Part shown: piece by piece, positions 1 to 12,774 of the stretch
Layout of the letters: each line of letters opens with the position of its first letter
How positions within the stretch are numbered: the stretch's first letter is position 1
Origin: Camelus dromedarius
Lineage: Eukaryota
Assembly: GCF_036321535.1 (NCBI RefSeq)
Contig: NC_087441.1
Coordinates: 5,518,001-5,582,000 of the forward strand
DNA: 64,000 nt
Direction of reading: 5' to 3'
The notes under the pieces: generated by a model
Databases searched by the model: none
What the model saw: the letters and a program-made list of their open reading frames with translations, nothing else
What the model was told of the DNA's origin: nothing
Program-made: the position numbers and the translations under genes

Positions 1-149
1 CGTTAAAGAATATCCTTCAAATTGTAATTTCTTCTAGCATCTACTAAATGTAACATTGACTTCCAAGATAATCTGTATGCTGCAGTATTTAAAGATATCT
101 GAATTAGTATTCCTAAGCTAAATGCCCTCTAGGAGCTCCAAAGATGCAC

Positions 150-286
150 TTCCGTGGAAGTCCTTTAACCCTCTGAAATTGTATGCAAAATGTTATGGTC
201 TGTGTGGAGATCTTTCAGGAAAGAACATGCATGGCTTTTATCTGATTCTCAAAGGCTCTGTAACCTCTGAAAGACAAGAACCACTT
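150..286. mobile_element. hAT-Charlie MITE fragment (MER5/MER58-like terminus)
   Basis: The end tctgattctcaaaggctctgtaacctctgaaagacaagaaccact resembles the typical Charlie-MITE terminus. Family not resolved. Confidence 0.35.
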
Positions 287-389
287 ATGTAAATGAAATT
301 CGCAGAAGCCCTTGAGGCAGTTGTTTCACCATTTGGGACTGTTAGATGTATATTATCCCCTGTTATCCTCTGTGCTTCTCCTAAGGAGC

Positions 390-770
390 AATTAATAATG
401 GCATGCCATTAACCTGGCAGACACAGGTGGTGTGTCACCACAGTCAGCCTGTGTCCAGGACTGTTAAACATCTCTATCGGTGACTGGGATGATGGAATAG
501 GTACTTGCTCACCTCGTATAAGGATGCTGTAAAGTCAGAAGGGGTAGCAGAACCTCGGGGGATAGGATCAGAATTCCAAATGCTGTTGGCAGGTTGGAGA
601 AATGAACACAAGTCAGTGACAACGCAGTCAACAGGAACAAGAATAGAATAATAAACCTCAGGGAGGGAACATAGGCCAGCGGGTCTAAGGGAAAGAACTG
701 GCTAAGGGAAAGCCAAGGAAGAATTCCAGGGCTCGTGGTGAAATGCAGGCTGAGGGCTAAGATAACGGTA
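390..770 (+). mobile_element. L3/CR1 LINE reverse-transcriptase fragment
   Basis: ctgttaaacatctctatcggtgactgggatgatggaata reads LLNISIGDWDDGI, versus the CR1 RT motif LFNIFINDLDDGI. Downstream caggttggagaaatg...caacaggaacaag resembles the CR1 LDRLEKW...FNKDK region. Confidence 0.6.
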
Positions 771-2232
771 GAACCCTTAGGATGGACCTGCTACTCCAGA
801 GGAGCAATAATGAGAGGAACAGGTACTTTCTTTCCCAGAGATGATCTTGAATAATTGAGATTTCCTTACTGGGTTGAATGCTGATTATTTCTAAGTGGTT
901 ATCCGCATGCATTATTTATTTTTTGAAGAAATGGTTTTATACAAACATACTTGCACGTATATGCATAGTGTATAAGCGTCATGTGTGCACGTGTGTGTGT
1001 GTGTTCATCTGTTGAGGGGGGCGGTTGTGGGGTGTGTCTGCATGAGCAAGAAATCTTGGTTGTATGCTTTGTTGTTTGGGTCTCTGAAACTTAAAAAAGG
1101 ATGCTTGGGGAAATTTTGGAAAATTGTTCAGGAAAGGAGAACAGACATTGAAAGGAAAAGAAATATTGGAATTTGAAACTTAATTATCTTGAATCAAAAA
1201 TAAATGTGTGGAGATGTGCTGAAGAGAATAGAGCTTCCTTCCACTCACTTGGGAAAGGTTTAGATCGTGTAGAGTTTTCCCACCATAAGCAATGGAAAAT
1301 TTTAAGAATGAGATTACATATAATAATTACCCAAACAAATTAGAATTATGAATTATTAGAGTCCTTTTACTTTCATGCGTAAAATAGATTTTACAAGGAG
1401 GGTACATTAGCTCTCTTCGTAATTTTTGGAGATTCTTCAAAGCCCTTTTGACAACTTCAGTTAATTCGATCCAAATCAATGAAGTTGTCGTAAGTTAATC
1501 ATCATTGGTTGCCAAGTACAAACCATCTCCTATGAAGCATCATTCATAACTTTCAGTAAAAGTTTCTTCAACTAACATTTGAACAAATCTATTCTTATAA
1601 ACGTTGTAAATCTCAAAGTCCTTTAAATCAATGGTCCCTCAAACTAATATAACAAAGCTTTGTGGTACAGGAAAATTAGTCACCCTTGTTAGCAAAGGGA
1701 CTTTAAGTAAACGTTACATTGATGATAAGATACCAAATAAGTTAGTAGCTGATGTTAAGTATCCGTCAGCCTCCTCCTGCTGGCTAGTTGATAGCAGAAG
1801 GCTTTTCCTGTCTTGGCCTCTGGTCTAAGAGTGTTTTTGTTCTTTCAGAGTCTCCATTTCAACCATGAACTTTAAGTTACCATCTGTGACCTTGTGCATT
1901 TCCAGCCAAGGTTCTTCTGAAAATATGGCATTTGGAATTTTCTGTTTCCACCTATTTTAGGTAAAAATTGACAGGACACAGAAAAAGAGCTAGAGGATTG
2001 CTAGAGAAGCTTTCTGATCCAACAATCTAATTTTTTTTCTTTTAATACTGGAAACTTAAGGATGGTATACTTATTTTTTATTAATAAATACATAATAATA
2101 TAACAGAACACTACATTTAGCCAACATACTTGCTATGGATGTTTCGAACTATGTTGACCCTAAAAGTCTGCCAGTTATTTTGAATTCACTATTCCCTTTG
2201 AATTAGGTGTAACATTTTTATATACCCATTAC

Positions 2233-2706
2233 TGTAGAGTTTCCTATTGCTGCTTTAAAAATTATCACAAACTTGGCAGCTTAAAACACTACAAATTTAT
2301 TTTCTTACTGTTCTGAAAGTCAGAATTCCAAATTCTGAAAGTCTCAGAAAGTTAAAATCAAGGTGTTAGCGGCCCTGCCTTCCTTCTGGGGGCTCTAGGG
2401 GAGAATCCATTTCCTTGCCTTTTCCAGCTTCAAGAGGCCACCCGATTTCCTTGGCTCATGGCCTTCTATCCTTCAGATCTCTGCTTCCATCATCACATAG
2501 CCTTGCCAGACCCTGACCCTCCTGCCTCCTCTTCTAAGGATATTTGTGATGACATTGGTCCCACCCAGAAAATCCAGGATAACCTCCTAATTCAAGATCC
2601 TTAACTTAATTGTATCTGTGAGATCTCTTTGCCACATGAAATCACATATTCGCAGGTTTCAGGGACTAGGACGTGGATGTCGGGAAAGCCATTACTCAGC
2701 CCATGA
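2233..2706 (-). mobile_element. MaLR solo LTR (MLT1C/D/E-like)
   Basis: Reverse-oriented MLT1 hallmarks: gtttcctattgctgct, aaatcaaggtgttagc, ggagaatccatttccttgccttttccagct, cacccagaaaatccaggataacctcc, cacatattcgcaggtttcaggg. Confidence 0.85.
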
Positions 2707-2839
2707 AGGACTTCACTGGTCACATATTTGCACATTCATCTAGAGACATGTATGGATTCCCTGCTAGCCTAAGAACAAACCCAGGCAGGTTAAATGCAGC
2801 CAAGTTCTTGCCTTAATGGATGTTGCATTCAAAGAGGAT

Positions 2840-3480
2840 GAGAGTGAAGGAAATCAGAGAAGAAATCAAATAAGTAAACAAGATACTTACATGGTGATTA
2901 GTAAAAAGATGAAAAAGCAGGGCCATGGGACAAAGAGTGACAATGCAGAAGCAGCTGCTTTGCAAAGGGCGGTGGGTGGAGGCCTCTCTAAGGGGCATAC
3001 TTTGGCCGTAAAAGTCAGGAAGAGCAAGGAGACGGCCTTGCCAACACCGCGGGGGTGAGTGCCCTAGTTGCAGAAAGGGTAGCAACAGTGTCCCCGTAGG
3101 AATAAGACTGTGAGTCTGAGGAACTGACTGAAGGCTGTGGGGCAGGAGGTTGGTGCAGGATGTGGAGGGTGAGTCTAGGTGAGGCCTGAGAAGTGGGCAG
3201 GACCCAGGCGGGCCGGCTTTCATGGCTCTAAGGAGTTTGGATTTTATTCTAAGGGAAATGGGAAGTGACCAGAGGTTTTGATATGGGTGAAACTGTAAGT
3301 CTGATTTATACTCCAGAGAATCCTCTCTGGCTGCTGTGTGGAGACTAGCCTGGAAGAGGCAAGGTAGGGAGCCAGAAAGGGGACCATGGCAGTCGTGGTG
3401 GAGTGCGGGTGTGGTGGCTGGACTACGGTGATTTGGGTGGAAATGGTGAGGTTCAAGATGCGTCCTGAATTAGTGGCAAC
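2840..3480 (-). mobile_element. L2 LINE fragment
   Basis: Typical reverse L2 text: aaggagtttggattttattctaagggaaatgggaag...ctctctggctgctgtgtggaga...ggtggctggactacggtg. Confidence 0.75.
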
Positions 3481-3819
3481 ATTTAAAATCTTTGGTAAGA
3501 CTTTCTCTCTTACCTTCCAATATTCTCTATTTGCCTTCACCCAAAACTCTCAAAGTAACAGTAATATTGTGATAATGTAAAAATAACATAACGATAACAA
3601 CTGTTTAATACAGATGAGGGGTGTTCCCTCAAGCTTCTGCAGTGAAAGTGAAAACATCTCTAGAGACCTGTGATCACCACCTAACCACGCCCCGTGCTTT
3701 ATTTCGAAAACCACCGAAAGGAGGGCCCCGTCGCCACGCTCAGTGAGATGACTGCCCCAACCCAACCCTTCTGGGTATAGACCCACTAGCACTTTCTGTA
3801 TAGAGATCTGATTTGCTCT

Positions 3820-3940
3820 GATTTATGAGGAAGGAGGCCTCGTTACCACCTTCATTTTACGGTGGAAGGATCTGAGCTTCAGAAATTGGTGGTTCACAGG
3901 AGGGCGTAGGCTCACATTTGGATTCAAGATCTTTGCCTAA
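3820..3940 (-). mobile_element. MIR SINE fragment
   Basis: The MIR core in reverse, cattttacggtggaaggatctgagcttcagaaat, followed by ggattcaagatct. Confidence 0.55.
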
Positions 3941-5531
3941 ATTGCATCATTTACTCTGATTTTTTTCATATTTATTTTCTTGGTTTGAATAAAATGAGAC
4001 CGGAGTAAATTTATTAAACTGTCCTGGTTAAATAAATATGCAAAAAAGAGGAGTTACAGAATATGATTATGTGGCAGTAAGTCTCCATGATAATTGGCAC
4101 ACCCAGTTCTGTCTCTCACACACAAATAATGATGATCAAGGATCTGGTGGGCTGCAGCAGCACCAGGAACTATAGACTGATATAGGTCCACTGGAGGACC
4201 GACTTGTCTCTCACAGGGTTTACAATACAGCTCCTTAGCTGGTTCGAGTCAGTGTTTTCTCCTAAAGGAAGCTATTTTTATCCTCACCCTTACAACAGCT
4301 GGGTACCTTAGTATTTTATAAAAGATGACAGAAAAATTACATTACAAAAAATGGCAGAAGTGGGGATGTATGCAATTGGATAGTTTATTGGGGAAAATAG
4401 ACTAATATCAAAATAGAAAGAACTGAAGCAGAAATAATGAATTTGCTGCATCAATCTCTTATTTCATGACCTCATCATGCCCAAGATACTGATCAACTTC
4501 ACTACCAGCAATAAATATTAAAATGAAATTTTTGAATGTCTTATCAAAAGCTTCCTGACATCAGTTGTTTTCACAATATTTTTTTTCCTGCAAGCATTGA
4601 ATACCTCTTCATCAGTCTTTCATTCCAACCAATCTTGTTCCAATTTCTCTCTTCTCACAAAAAGCACTTTTTTTCCCCCTTCTATTTTTGTCTTGTCTTT
4701 CATAGCAGAGGTGCATGAATATTATTTTACACTCCACTGTGGCTGCATCTCCATCGATCAGGAAATAAAAAGTGGGTCTGAAGGATGTGCCGTGACCCTG
4801 CAAGGCTACAAACAACAGAGACGTGTGTAATGATTCCCTGGCTCCTGGTAGCAGCGGTTGACGTGAAGGCTGTGTGCAGGTTTGCACAAATGAGTCTGCA
4901 TCCTTTCTTGTTATAACCGGTCCAGGCACTTCCAGGAGAAGGGAGTTTTCAAAGAGCATTTAATTCTCAAATGTCATCTGCACACAATTTCCAGCTTGAC
5001 AAATATCTCAAAATGTCCTAAAAGCAAATATTAGGGTTATCGTTCTTGTCTGTATAACCCCTTGATCTTCTAATGCATTAACAGAAACCACTTTTTATAT
5101 CTTAAAAGCTGAAGGCAACAAGGATTTTCATTTTCATAAAAGTCTTCTGTTATTACGAATGGAGAAATATTTCAGTAGTAATATAGGATGCAGTTCACAG
5201 CTGAGTTTATTTGAAAACTATTCATTGTTTCCTTTAATGTTTACAACACTTTCTAGATTTTTCTGTGTTAAGGGCATGGCTTCATCATTTAGGCTGTATT
5301 TCCATACAGTAGAGCACAATTAGCCTTGACCTGTCAGCAGACTTTGATATTTCACATTCCCTATCGTCTAAGGTTTAGTATTTCCCTTCGGAATGCAGTC
5401 CAGGGCTTCCTTTTTCTATGGCATCCTCCACTCCAGCACCCAGCTTCGTTTTCTTCTTGTATGTGTATGTTATTGGTCACATCTGATTTGGTGCTTAATT
5501 ATATCGAGTTGGTTTTGTTGTTGTTTCATAT

Positions 5532-5800
5532 CTGAGGTTTCACAGTGTCAGCTCACCAGCTCAGGGTGAACTATGGATGGGTTTGTATTGGCCCACTGCT
5601 AATTTTATAAATACAAATCTCGAGTTGGGTGCCAGTGTTTGAAAACTGGTGATTACACATAAAAATCTGGGTTCCCATTTTCACTGGAGTCAAACAACAG
5701 GTTTGGCAAAGCTGCACTCACTTCTGGGGGTAGCCATTGGCTGGAACTGAGGCGTGGGCGTCCCTGGATGGGCAGCAGGGTCTCCAGGTGACCACGGTCC
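5532..5800 (+). mobile_element. hAT-Charlie element (MER102-like)
   Basis: tgattacacataaaaatctggg, ggtttggcaaagctg and cattggctggaactgag resemble the recalled MER102 consensus. Confidence 0.5.
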
Positions 5801-5894
5801 CTCCAGGTGATTTACTTTTGTTTCACTTTCCTTCCCAGGACTGTAGGCGTTTGAGATCATGGTCTGTCTGAGCATGTCTTTTCAAAGTCTTATT

Positions 5895-6020
5895 TACTGA
5901 ACTAGGTTATAAATTCCTGGAATTCAGAGGTCATCTTTATAATTTTGCACTACACTCACACTGCCTAGCATAGCACTGGACACATAGTAGTTGCTCAGTA
6001 AATTAATTTGTTAGAATAGC
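5895..6020 (+). mobile_element. L2 3' end
   Basis: cactgcctagcatagcactggacacatagtagttgctcagtaaattaatttgttagaat is a typical L2 terminus. Confidence 0.7.
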
Positions 6021-7779
6021 TCTATTGTGTGCAGCTGGGCGTGTACTGAGCTTCCTGAAGAGCGAGGGGGAAACAATCTCAAACAGTTCACACAAATTAA
6101 ATGATTAATCTTCACAACTCCTTTTTGAGATTCACAAGGGATATACAGTGTGGGGATTAATTTATGGTGTGGAAAGAATAACATTTAATGAAACTATTCC
6201 CAACTGAACTTTCAGGGAAGGTTCAGCTACACAAAAAGTAATTACTTATATTGAAAATTGCCCTACAGGGGTAAGCACCAGCCAATCCTTTACCAGAAAG
6301 CTCCATGGCCTCTCCAGGGAGAGGGGTCTGGTCTCCCTCCAGCCTTACCGCCTTCTAGAACTATCATTCACTGCGAGCAAGAATTTCCAAATCCCCTGAA
6401 TGCCTTGGCCAGCATCTCACACCAGTTCACAGATTTCATTGTTACCCAGACCAGGGTTTGTTAGAATAACCTGACTCAGAATTCTTTTTCTGCCTCTAAA
6501 TATTTCAAATAAACCATTTAGGGGTAAGGAGATATATGAAGGCTAGGTTCTATATTTTTAAAAGAAAATTAATAAAAGTACTCCATTAGTTAATAATGTC
6601 TGGGAAAAATTGTGTCTTAGCATCTTAAATTTCTCTTTTATTTCCATTGTGGACTATTTAAGAACTTAAGCAAAAAAAATCTACAATATTAACATATAAA
6701 TGTATAGAAGTAAATGCTCATATAATATATGATTTTGGATGTAGGCTTTTCAAAATACTTAGAAATAGTTGAAAATCTATGTATATTTTGTGATAGGTAA
6801 TAATTAAAAATATTCAAAATAACATCTTTTCAGCAATCAAATATTAGTGACACAGAGAATCTACAAGTAAATAAAAAACTCAGAGCAGACAACATTGATT
6901 TCATATAGCCTGATTAGGAAAGTTAAACCACAGTTTTTTCTCAGAAGAGAGTATCACAACTTCATAGCTTTCTTATATTTAGTTTATACAAAATTCTAGC
7001 TAACATGACTTTTTGGACCCATGATCTAAAACCACTTGGAAATAAGGGAGAATCTTGCTCAAAACTTGCAAAGCTGAGGAGGGACAAGAAACATTATATA
7101 AAACAGATACTAACAACTAAAAAAATGTAGTGATGAAAATTTAGGAAAAAGTAGGTAGAATGTGTAAATCATGTTACAAAGTCATCCTATTTTCTATCTT
7201 TCTGGATGAAGCTCCTGTATCATCATTATATTATCTTTCCAAGTTTTGATTAACTGAGAACTCACAAACCCAGTTAGCGTGGTACGCTGGACACCTGTGT
7301 TTACGTGGAGAGATGGAGAGAGAGAGAAACAAGTTCTAGATACGCATTTTGTCATTACTGGTAGTGCACCAAGTTTTAGAAACGTTCTTTAATAATCGTA
7401 TTCAACTACATTAAGAAAAAGCGACTTTTTAATGCCAGGCAAGCATTCGTAAACCAAGAGGGAAAAGTTCCACAGAGTCTATAGCAGGTCCTTTGGGCAG
7501 AAACAACAAACTACATAATTAAAGATGGAAACGATATAGGCTGATTCTGCGGGGGATTAAAGCCGCTTAAGAAATGCCCCTAAATCACTTAAACACCAAG
7601 AACCCAAACAAAATCTGGAGGTGCAAAAGGTCAGTTCAAACTGATTTACAGTCAAATACTATAGTTACGGATTACTTTTCTCCCTTCAGTGAGCTAATGG
7701 CATTCATTTAAAATACAGCTGGGAGTATTTGCTTTAATTTGCTTTCAGTTAGAAAATTTTCCCATCTTCCCATCGTTTT

Positions 7780-8225
7780 TGATTATCTTTTATTTTGGGA
7801 ATGTGTGGAATATTAACATATCTCCAGAAACAAAATATATACCGAATGGTACCCTCAGAAAAGAGTCACTCCCTCCTGCATTGCTCTCATTCTGTGGTCC
7901 CTCTGCCTCTTGTGTTCTGTCAGCTCCATGTTTCTGATTTATCCTTCCTGAGTTTGTTTTGTAAAGATAAGCAGATATACGTGCTTTCTTATTTCCTTAA
8001 GCAAAAGGTAGCTCACTATACATATGTGCTTTGGGATTTGTTTGAACATTATCTCCTTCATATTGTTTATAGGGACCTTTTGCAATAATAGCAATCACCT
8101 CTGAACAGTATCATTTCATTTCGATCATAGAGATCGTCCTCATGGATTTTTCATGGCTGCATAATACTGGGTTGTACATACTTACTGTGCTTTACTTGAC
8201 CCGTATCCTATGGAAAATCATCATT
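7780..8225 (-). mobile_element. Ancient L1M (L1MC/L1ME) 3' UTR fragment
   Basis: tttttcatggctgcataatactgggttgtacat and the adjacent text match reverse L1M 3' UTR motifs. Confidence 0.55.
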
Positions 8226-8954
8226 TTTAATCTCCCTCCTGCCACCGTTCCTGGTATACCTTATGGGTACTCAATACATGTTTGCTGAGTTAAGGAATTA
8301 ATGGACGGGAAGCGTTTTAGATGAGTCCTGAAGGATATGTGGGATTTGGATTGAGAGGAAGTGAGAGAGGGGTTTGAAGAGGAAGCATGCTGAGAAGAGA
8401 TGCACAATGGAGAGGACTGGGCTGCACGAAGTGAAAGATGTTGTTGCCAAATCGGGGGGTAGACTTGCTGTCTCAGGTGAGGCCAAAATTATTCCCTGAA
8501 AACTGGTCTCAGTGTTACATTTCACTGAAATTTAAGTTTCAGTGGCATGAATGAAAATGGTTGGGAAAACAAGTATTTGGGCATAGTGGTAGGAATTAAC
8601 CCTAGATAGTGTAAATACTTCTATATTTTCTCTGTCATTAACTATTTTTATTAAAATTTTGTATCTTTTTTTTACATTGTAGCAGAATAAATGGAACTGA
8701 CTTACCTTTCAAAATATGCATAACTGGTTTTATGTACTTTAGACAGTTTGGTCATGTTTCTAATAGCTACCTAACTATTTTCTCTAGGAATTGTGTGTGT
8801 GTATGTGTGTGTGTGTGTTGGGGACATAGGCCTTCAATAAGATGATGATGTTCAATGAGTTAGCAGAGGGATACCAGAATAAGATTTTAGTGAGTTCATA
8901 ATGAACTAACTGGATGAGGAGTGTCAGTTGGGCAGTGATAGATGAATTAGAGGA

Positions 8955-9500
8955 GTGGACAAGTTTTCTACTGTTATACAACAAATTACTACAAACTTAG
9001 GGGCTTGTAACTATTCATGATGTCATGGTTTTCATGTTGGCTGTGGTTGGGGATCCCATCTTTGAGTTTGAGGTCATTCTCCAAGCTCAGATGGCTAAGC
9101 AGAATTCAGTTCTCAGCAGTTGTAGGATTAAAGACCTATTTCCATGCTGGCTATCAACCAAGGGCCCCTCTCAGCACATAGAGGCTGCCTGCACTCCTTG
9201 ACACATGACTCTTTCCCTATTCAAAGTCAGCAGTGAAGAATCTGTTTCTTGCTGAGTCCATCTCATGCTTCAGATCTTTTTCATCAGAGAGAACTCCGTC
9301 TGTTTTAACTCCACTTGATTAGCTCAGGTCTAACCTGAGTAGGATACTAATTCTTTCTTGAAGTTAACTGTGTCATATGACATAATCTAATCAGGGAAAT
9401 GATGCACCACCATATTGATAGGTCCATCCCACAGTCCTTCAGAGGGGACTAAATAAGGGTGTTGGCCATTGGTGGGTCACCTTAGAGTCCTCCTTACACC
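8955..9500 (-). mobile_element. MaLR solo LTR (MLT1E/F/G-like)
   Basis: caacaaattactacaaacttagg, gcagaattcagttctcagcagttgtaggatt, cataatctaatcaggga and the terminal cttagagtcctccttacacc. Confidence 0.7.
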
Positions 9501-9970
9501 CCAAGGTACAGAGATACGTAGTTAGAAATAAATCTCTGTACTTATTCAGGGGTGGGGCTGTGAAGGCCTTGATTCAGGTGGGTTGTGGGGGAGGATAAAA
9601 GGGAGAAAGGCAAACATATTTCAGATGGAGGGTCAACGAGACTTGCTGATTGGCCTGAGAATGAAGAAAAGGCTAAATAGTCAAAACATTTCAGACCAAA
9701 TCAAGCCATTGATTGAGGCAAAGACATGAGAAAACAAAATGTCTTTGACCAGGAGATCCCATTGAGTTTGGTTTGAGGCAAGTTGAGTCTCAGTCAACAG
9801 GGCATCAGGAAGAGAACATGTATGAGGCAGTTGTAAATTAACGTACGTGTTTTAATGCCCCGTAAGTAAGAGCTCAGGCCTGTGGAAGCGGATTTGGCTT
9901 ACCTTCTGTCAGAGCTGTAGCCGAAGCTTTGTGAACAAATATGCTTTTCAAGGAAAATGGCTTAGAAGCC

Positions 9971-10815
9971 TGTTATGGATTCAGTTGTGTACTTCACACC
10001 CCCACCCCCAAATTCAAATGATGAAGCCATGACCCCTAATATGACTGTGTTTGGAGATGGGACCTTTAAAGAGGTAACTAGGTTAAATGAGGTCATAAGA
10101 GTGGGGCCCTGATCCAGGAGGGCTGGTGCCTTACATGAAGAGGAAGAGACAGAAGGGCCAAGTGCAAGCAGAGGAGAGGCTGTGTGAGGACACAGCGAGA
10201 GGACAGCCACCTGCACGCCAAGGGGAGAGGCCCCAGGAGACACCAGACCTGCAGGGACTTTTGTTTTGGACTTCCAGCGGGGGACAGGCATAGCTCAGTG
10301 GCAGAGCCCATGCCTAGCACACAGACATCCTGGATTCAATCCCCAGTACCTCCTTTAAAAAAAGATAAATAAATAAAACTGATTACCTTCGCCCCAAAAG
10401 CACAACAACAAAAAAGAACTAACCACAGAGTAAGCAGTTAGACAATGTATAAAAAAGTAGGGTGGGTATACCTCAGAGGTAAAGCGTGTGCTTAGCATGC
10501 ATGAGGTCCTGGGTTCGATCCCCAGTATCTCCATTTTAAAATTTTTTAAATAAATGTATGGGTGAGGGTATGGCTCAATGGTAGAGTCATGCCTAGCTTG
10601 CGTGAGGTCCTGGGTTCAATCCCCAGTGCCTCCATTAAGTAAGTAAATAAACCTAATTCCCTCCCCCTCCATAAAACAAACAAACAAACAAAAACAAACA
10701 AACAAAAAAAACAAAAAAAAAAAAGGACTTCCAGCCTCCAAAGCTAAAGGAAGATAAATGTCTGCTATTTAAGCCACCACATCTGTGGCATTTGGCCACC
10801 GGAGTGACCCATACA
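9971..10815 (+). mobile_element. MaLR solo LTR (MLT1A/B-like), split by a SINE insertion
   Basis: Starts TGTTATGG and ends ...ATACA. Internal gtgtttggagatgggacctttaaagagg and ggacttccagcctcca. Flanking 5-bp TSD-like aagcc (9966-9970) and aaacc (10816-10820). Confidence 0.88.
10279..10724 (+). mobile_element. Composite of three tRNA-derived SINE monomers (Vic-1-like, camelid) with an A-rich tail
   Basis: Heads start at 10279, 10460 and 10560, with A-box-like motifs (TAGCTCAGTGG, TACCTCAGAGG, TGGCTCAATGG) and B-box-like motifs (GGATTCAATCC, GGGTTCGATCC, GGGTTCAATCC). (AAAC)n/poly-A tail at 10671-10724. An 11-bp direct repeat ggacttccagc lies at 10268-10278 and 10725-10735. Confidence 0.88.
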
Positions 10816-12687
10816 AAACCCAGTACAGTTTCTAGGAAGAGACATACTTTGAGGACGCACAGTGAGCGAGAAGCAACCGGAAGTCTGAGGGTGCTGTCTC
10901 GGCTGTGGTGACTCTGAGGGTCATCGATCTGGGCCAAAGGGTCTGGAATCCAGCCTTCACCCTGCAGTGGATGGTGCTGTCTGGCTTTGGCAAGACCTCT
11001 GCAGCTCTCAAAGCCCTAGACCCATAGAGTGGGGGTGGTGGTGTACATCTCCCTGCTCATAGGAAGGTTTAAGGAAGTTTCTGTACTTCTGTAGCTATGT
11101 TTACTTTGATATATATGTATACAACGGAAAGCTTTTTCCTAAGCTGTGAAACACTAGTACATCAGTACTAATGGCCTCCAGAATTATAAACCGTAGAGTT
11201 CCGATACCGTCCATGCGAAATGATGCTGTTTCTTTTAAGCTCATCTTTGTTTGTAGCCATGCCATCAGCTCGCACCTCCTACTGCTGTTCGGGTATCATC
11301 CTGTGTGTTCGGCCACTTATTTTGTTACATTAATGTGTAGGTTGGAAACCAGGCAGTTATGGTTGTTAGAGTTTTGTCTACAACGAGAATGAGCAGGCTC
11401 CAGGGTGCAGCCTGCGGAGGGGCAGCCAGCTTGGAGGGCCCAGCGTGTGCGGCTGCCTCCCCTTAGTGACTCTTCCGGGAGAGGCTGAGCTGCCAGAGCG
11501 GAAGTGAGCCTTATGGAAGTGAGATGTTATTCTGGGTCTGCTTTATTCCAGAGCTCCGCCGTTAAAGAGGCATGTGGAAAAGTGGGAAAATAATCGGGTG
11601 AAAGGTTTGAAGAAGTGAAATAATTTAGCCTAAAAAAGAGAATGCCATGAAGAGAGGTAGCCTTTTTCAGTCTCTCCGCTAAGGAGAGCTGTAATGTGCT
11701 TTTTGCATGATCTTCACTCTTGGAGATCTTGATTAGCTCTAGAAAATATTTAACTGACATAATGAATTGTGATGGATAACTGCCATTTTTTTTTCTCTGT
11801 TGGTCGTTAAGAATATGACAGCTTTTCACATCTTTGGAATGGTTTAGATGGATTCTGGTAGCATGGGAGTTTTTAAAAGGAGAAAAACTCCTGTGCACAG
11901 AAATATATATATATATTTTTTTATAAACTGATGTAACATATTGAATGTAGTGGGCATTCCTATTCATGTTTGCCTTCCAAATTTTATGAAAGTAACTGTG
12001 TATGTCTAACACTATTGTATTACCCAGAGAAGATAGTTTCATAAATCATTTACTGCCTCCCGCTGTGTTTCTGTGATGCTAGCACACATACTCAGTTTAT
12101 TTTGGTTTTAAAGTGTCTGTATTATTTAAAAAAAAAAAAAAGACCAGCAGCAAATGTAAAGCAAACATGAATGTTATTCAACACTAAACATGCTGAAGAA
12201 TGCCATCAATCTTTTTAATCTTTTCAAGCAAACCCCACCTCAAATAAATAAGCTAAAAAGAAAGTTTAGATTTTCCACATAGAAACATTGATGCAGATTT
12301 TATTTTGTTTTGTTTTGCTTTTTATCCTGGAAAAGAATACCCACCAGGGCTTTATCTAGCTGTTCTTAAATGTATAACAAACAAGATAGCCGTGTAAGTA
12401 TTTATTTTTGTTACAGATATCTTCTGAACAGCTAAGCATAGCAGGCAGGAGGAATTCTCTCAATGTATCCTTTCGCCCCCTGAGCAAACATGAGAAAACA
12501 GACTTATACACACATGTGCTGAGGAAACAAAGGATGACGAAAGTGGTGGATCAGCTGATACGTATAATTAAGAACCAATTTCACAATAAAAATAATAAAA
12601 GTTATAACTAATTAAATAGAAAGAAACCTGTAGTTTCCAATGGCTTTGGATTAATTCAAGCCATGAAGAGTTTGGTACACCTGAAAA

Positions 12688-12774
12688 TGAATTTATGTAT
12701 GTGTTTGCATGATGGCACGTTGTGCTGTACACCGGAAACTGACACTTTGTAACTGACTGTACTTCAATTTAAAA
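12688..12774 (+). mobile_element. Severely 5'-truncated L1 3' end (lineage-specific)
   Basis: tgtgctgtacaccggaaactgacactttgtaactgactgtacttcaatttaaaa is the reverse complement of the start of the L1 tail at 41391. Confidence 0.75.

Noticed and set aside
1938-1966. Further AG|GT motifs (1960 TAG|GTAAAA, 8476, 21643, 41113 CAG|GTCAGC, 48190)
   Set aside because: Each has either a weak donor or a weak pyrimidine tract, and they are not distinguishable from background.
10279-10635. Three tRNA-like sequences
   Set aside because: These are SINE heads with mutated A/B boxes, SINE bodies, an A-tail and a TSD, not functional tRNA genes.
10870-11520. Several ETS-type GGAAG motifs (ACCGGAAGT at 10876, GCGGAAGTG near 11499)
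   Set aside because: Short motifs spread over 650 bp, not clearly above chance.
11527-12042. 171-aa ORF on the minus strand (longest in the track)
   Set aside because: No recognisable homology or domain, AT-rich intronic composition, and no splice context. Expected by chance.
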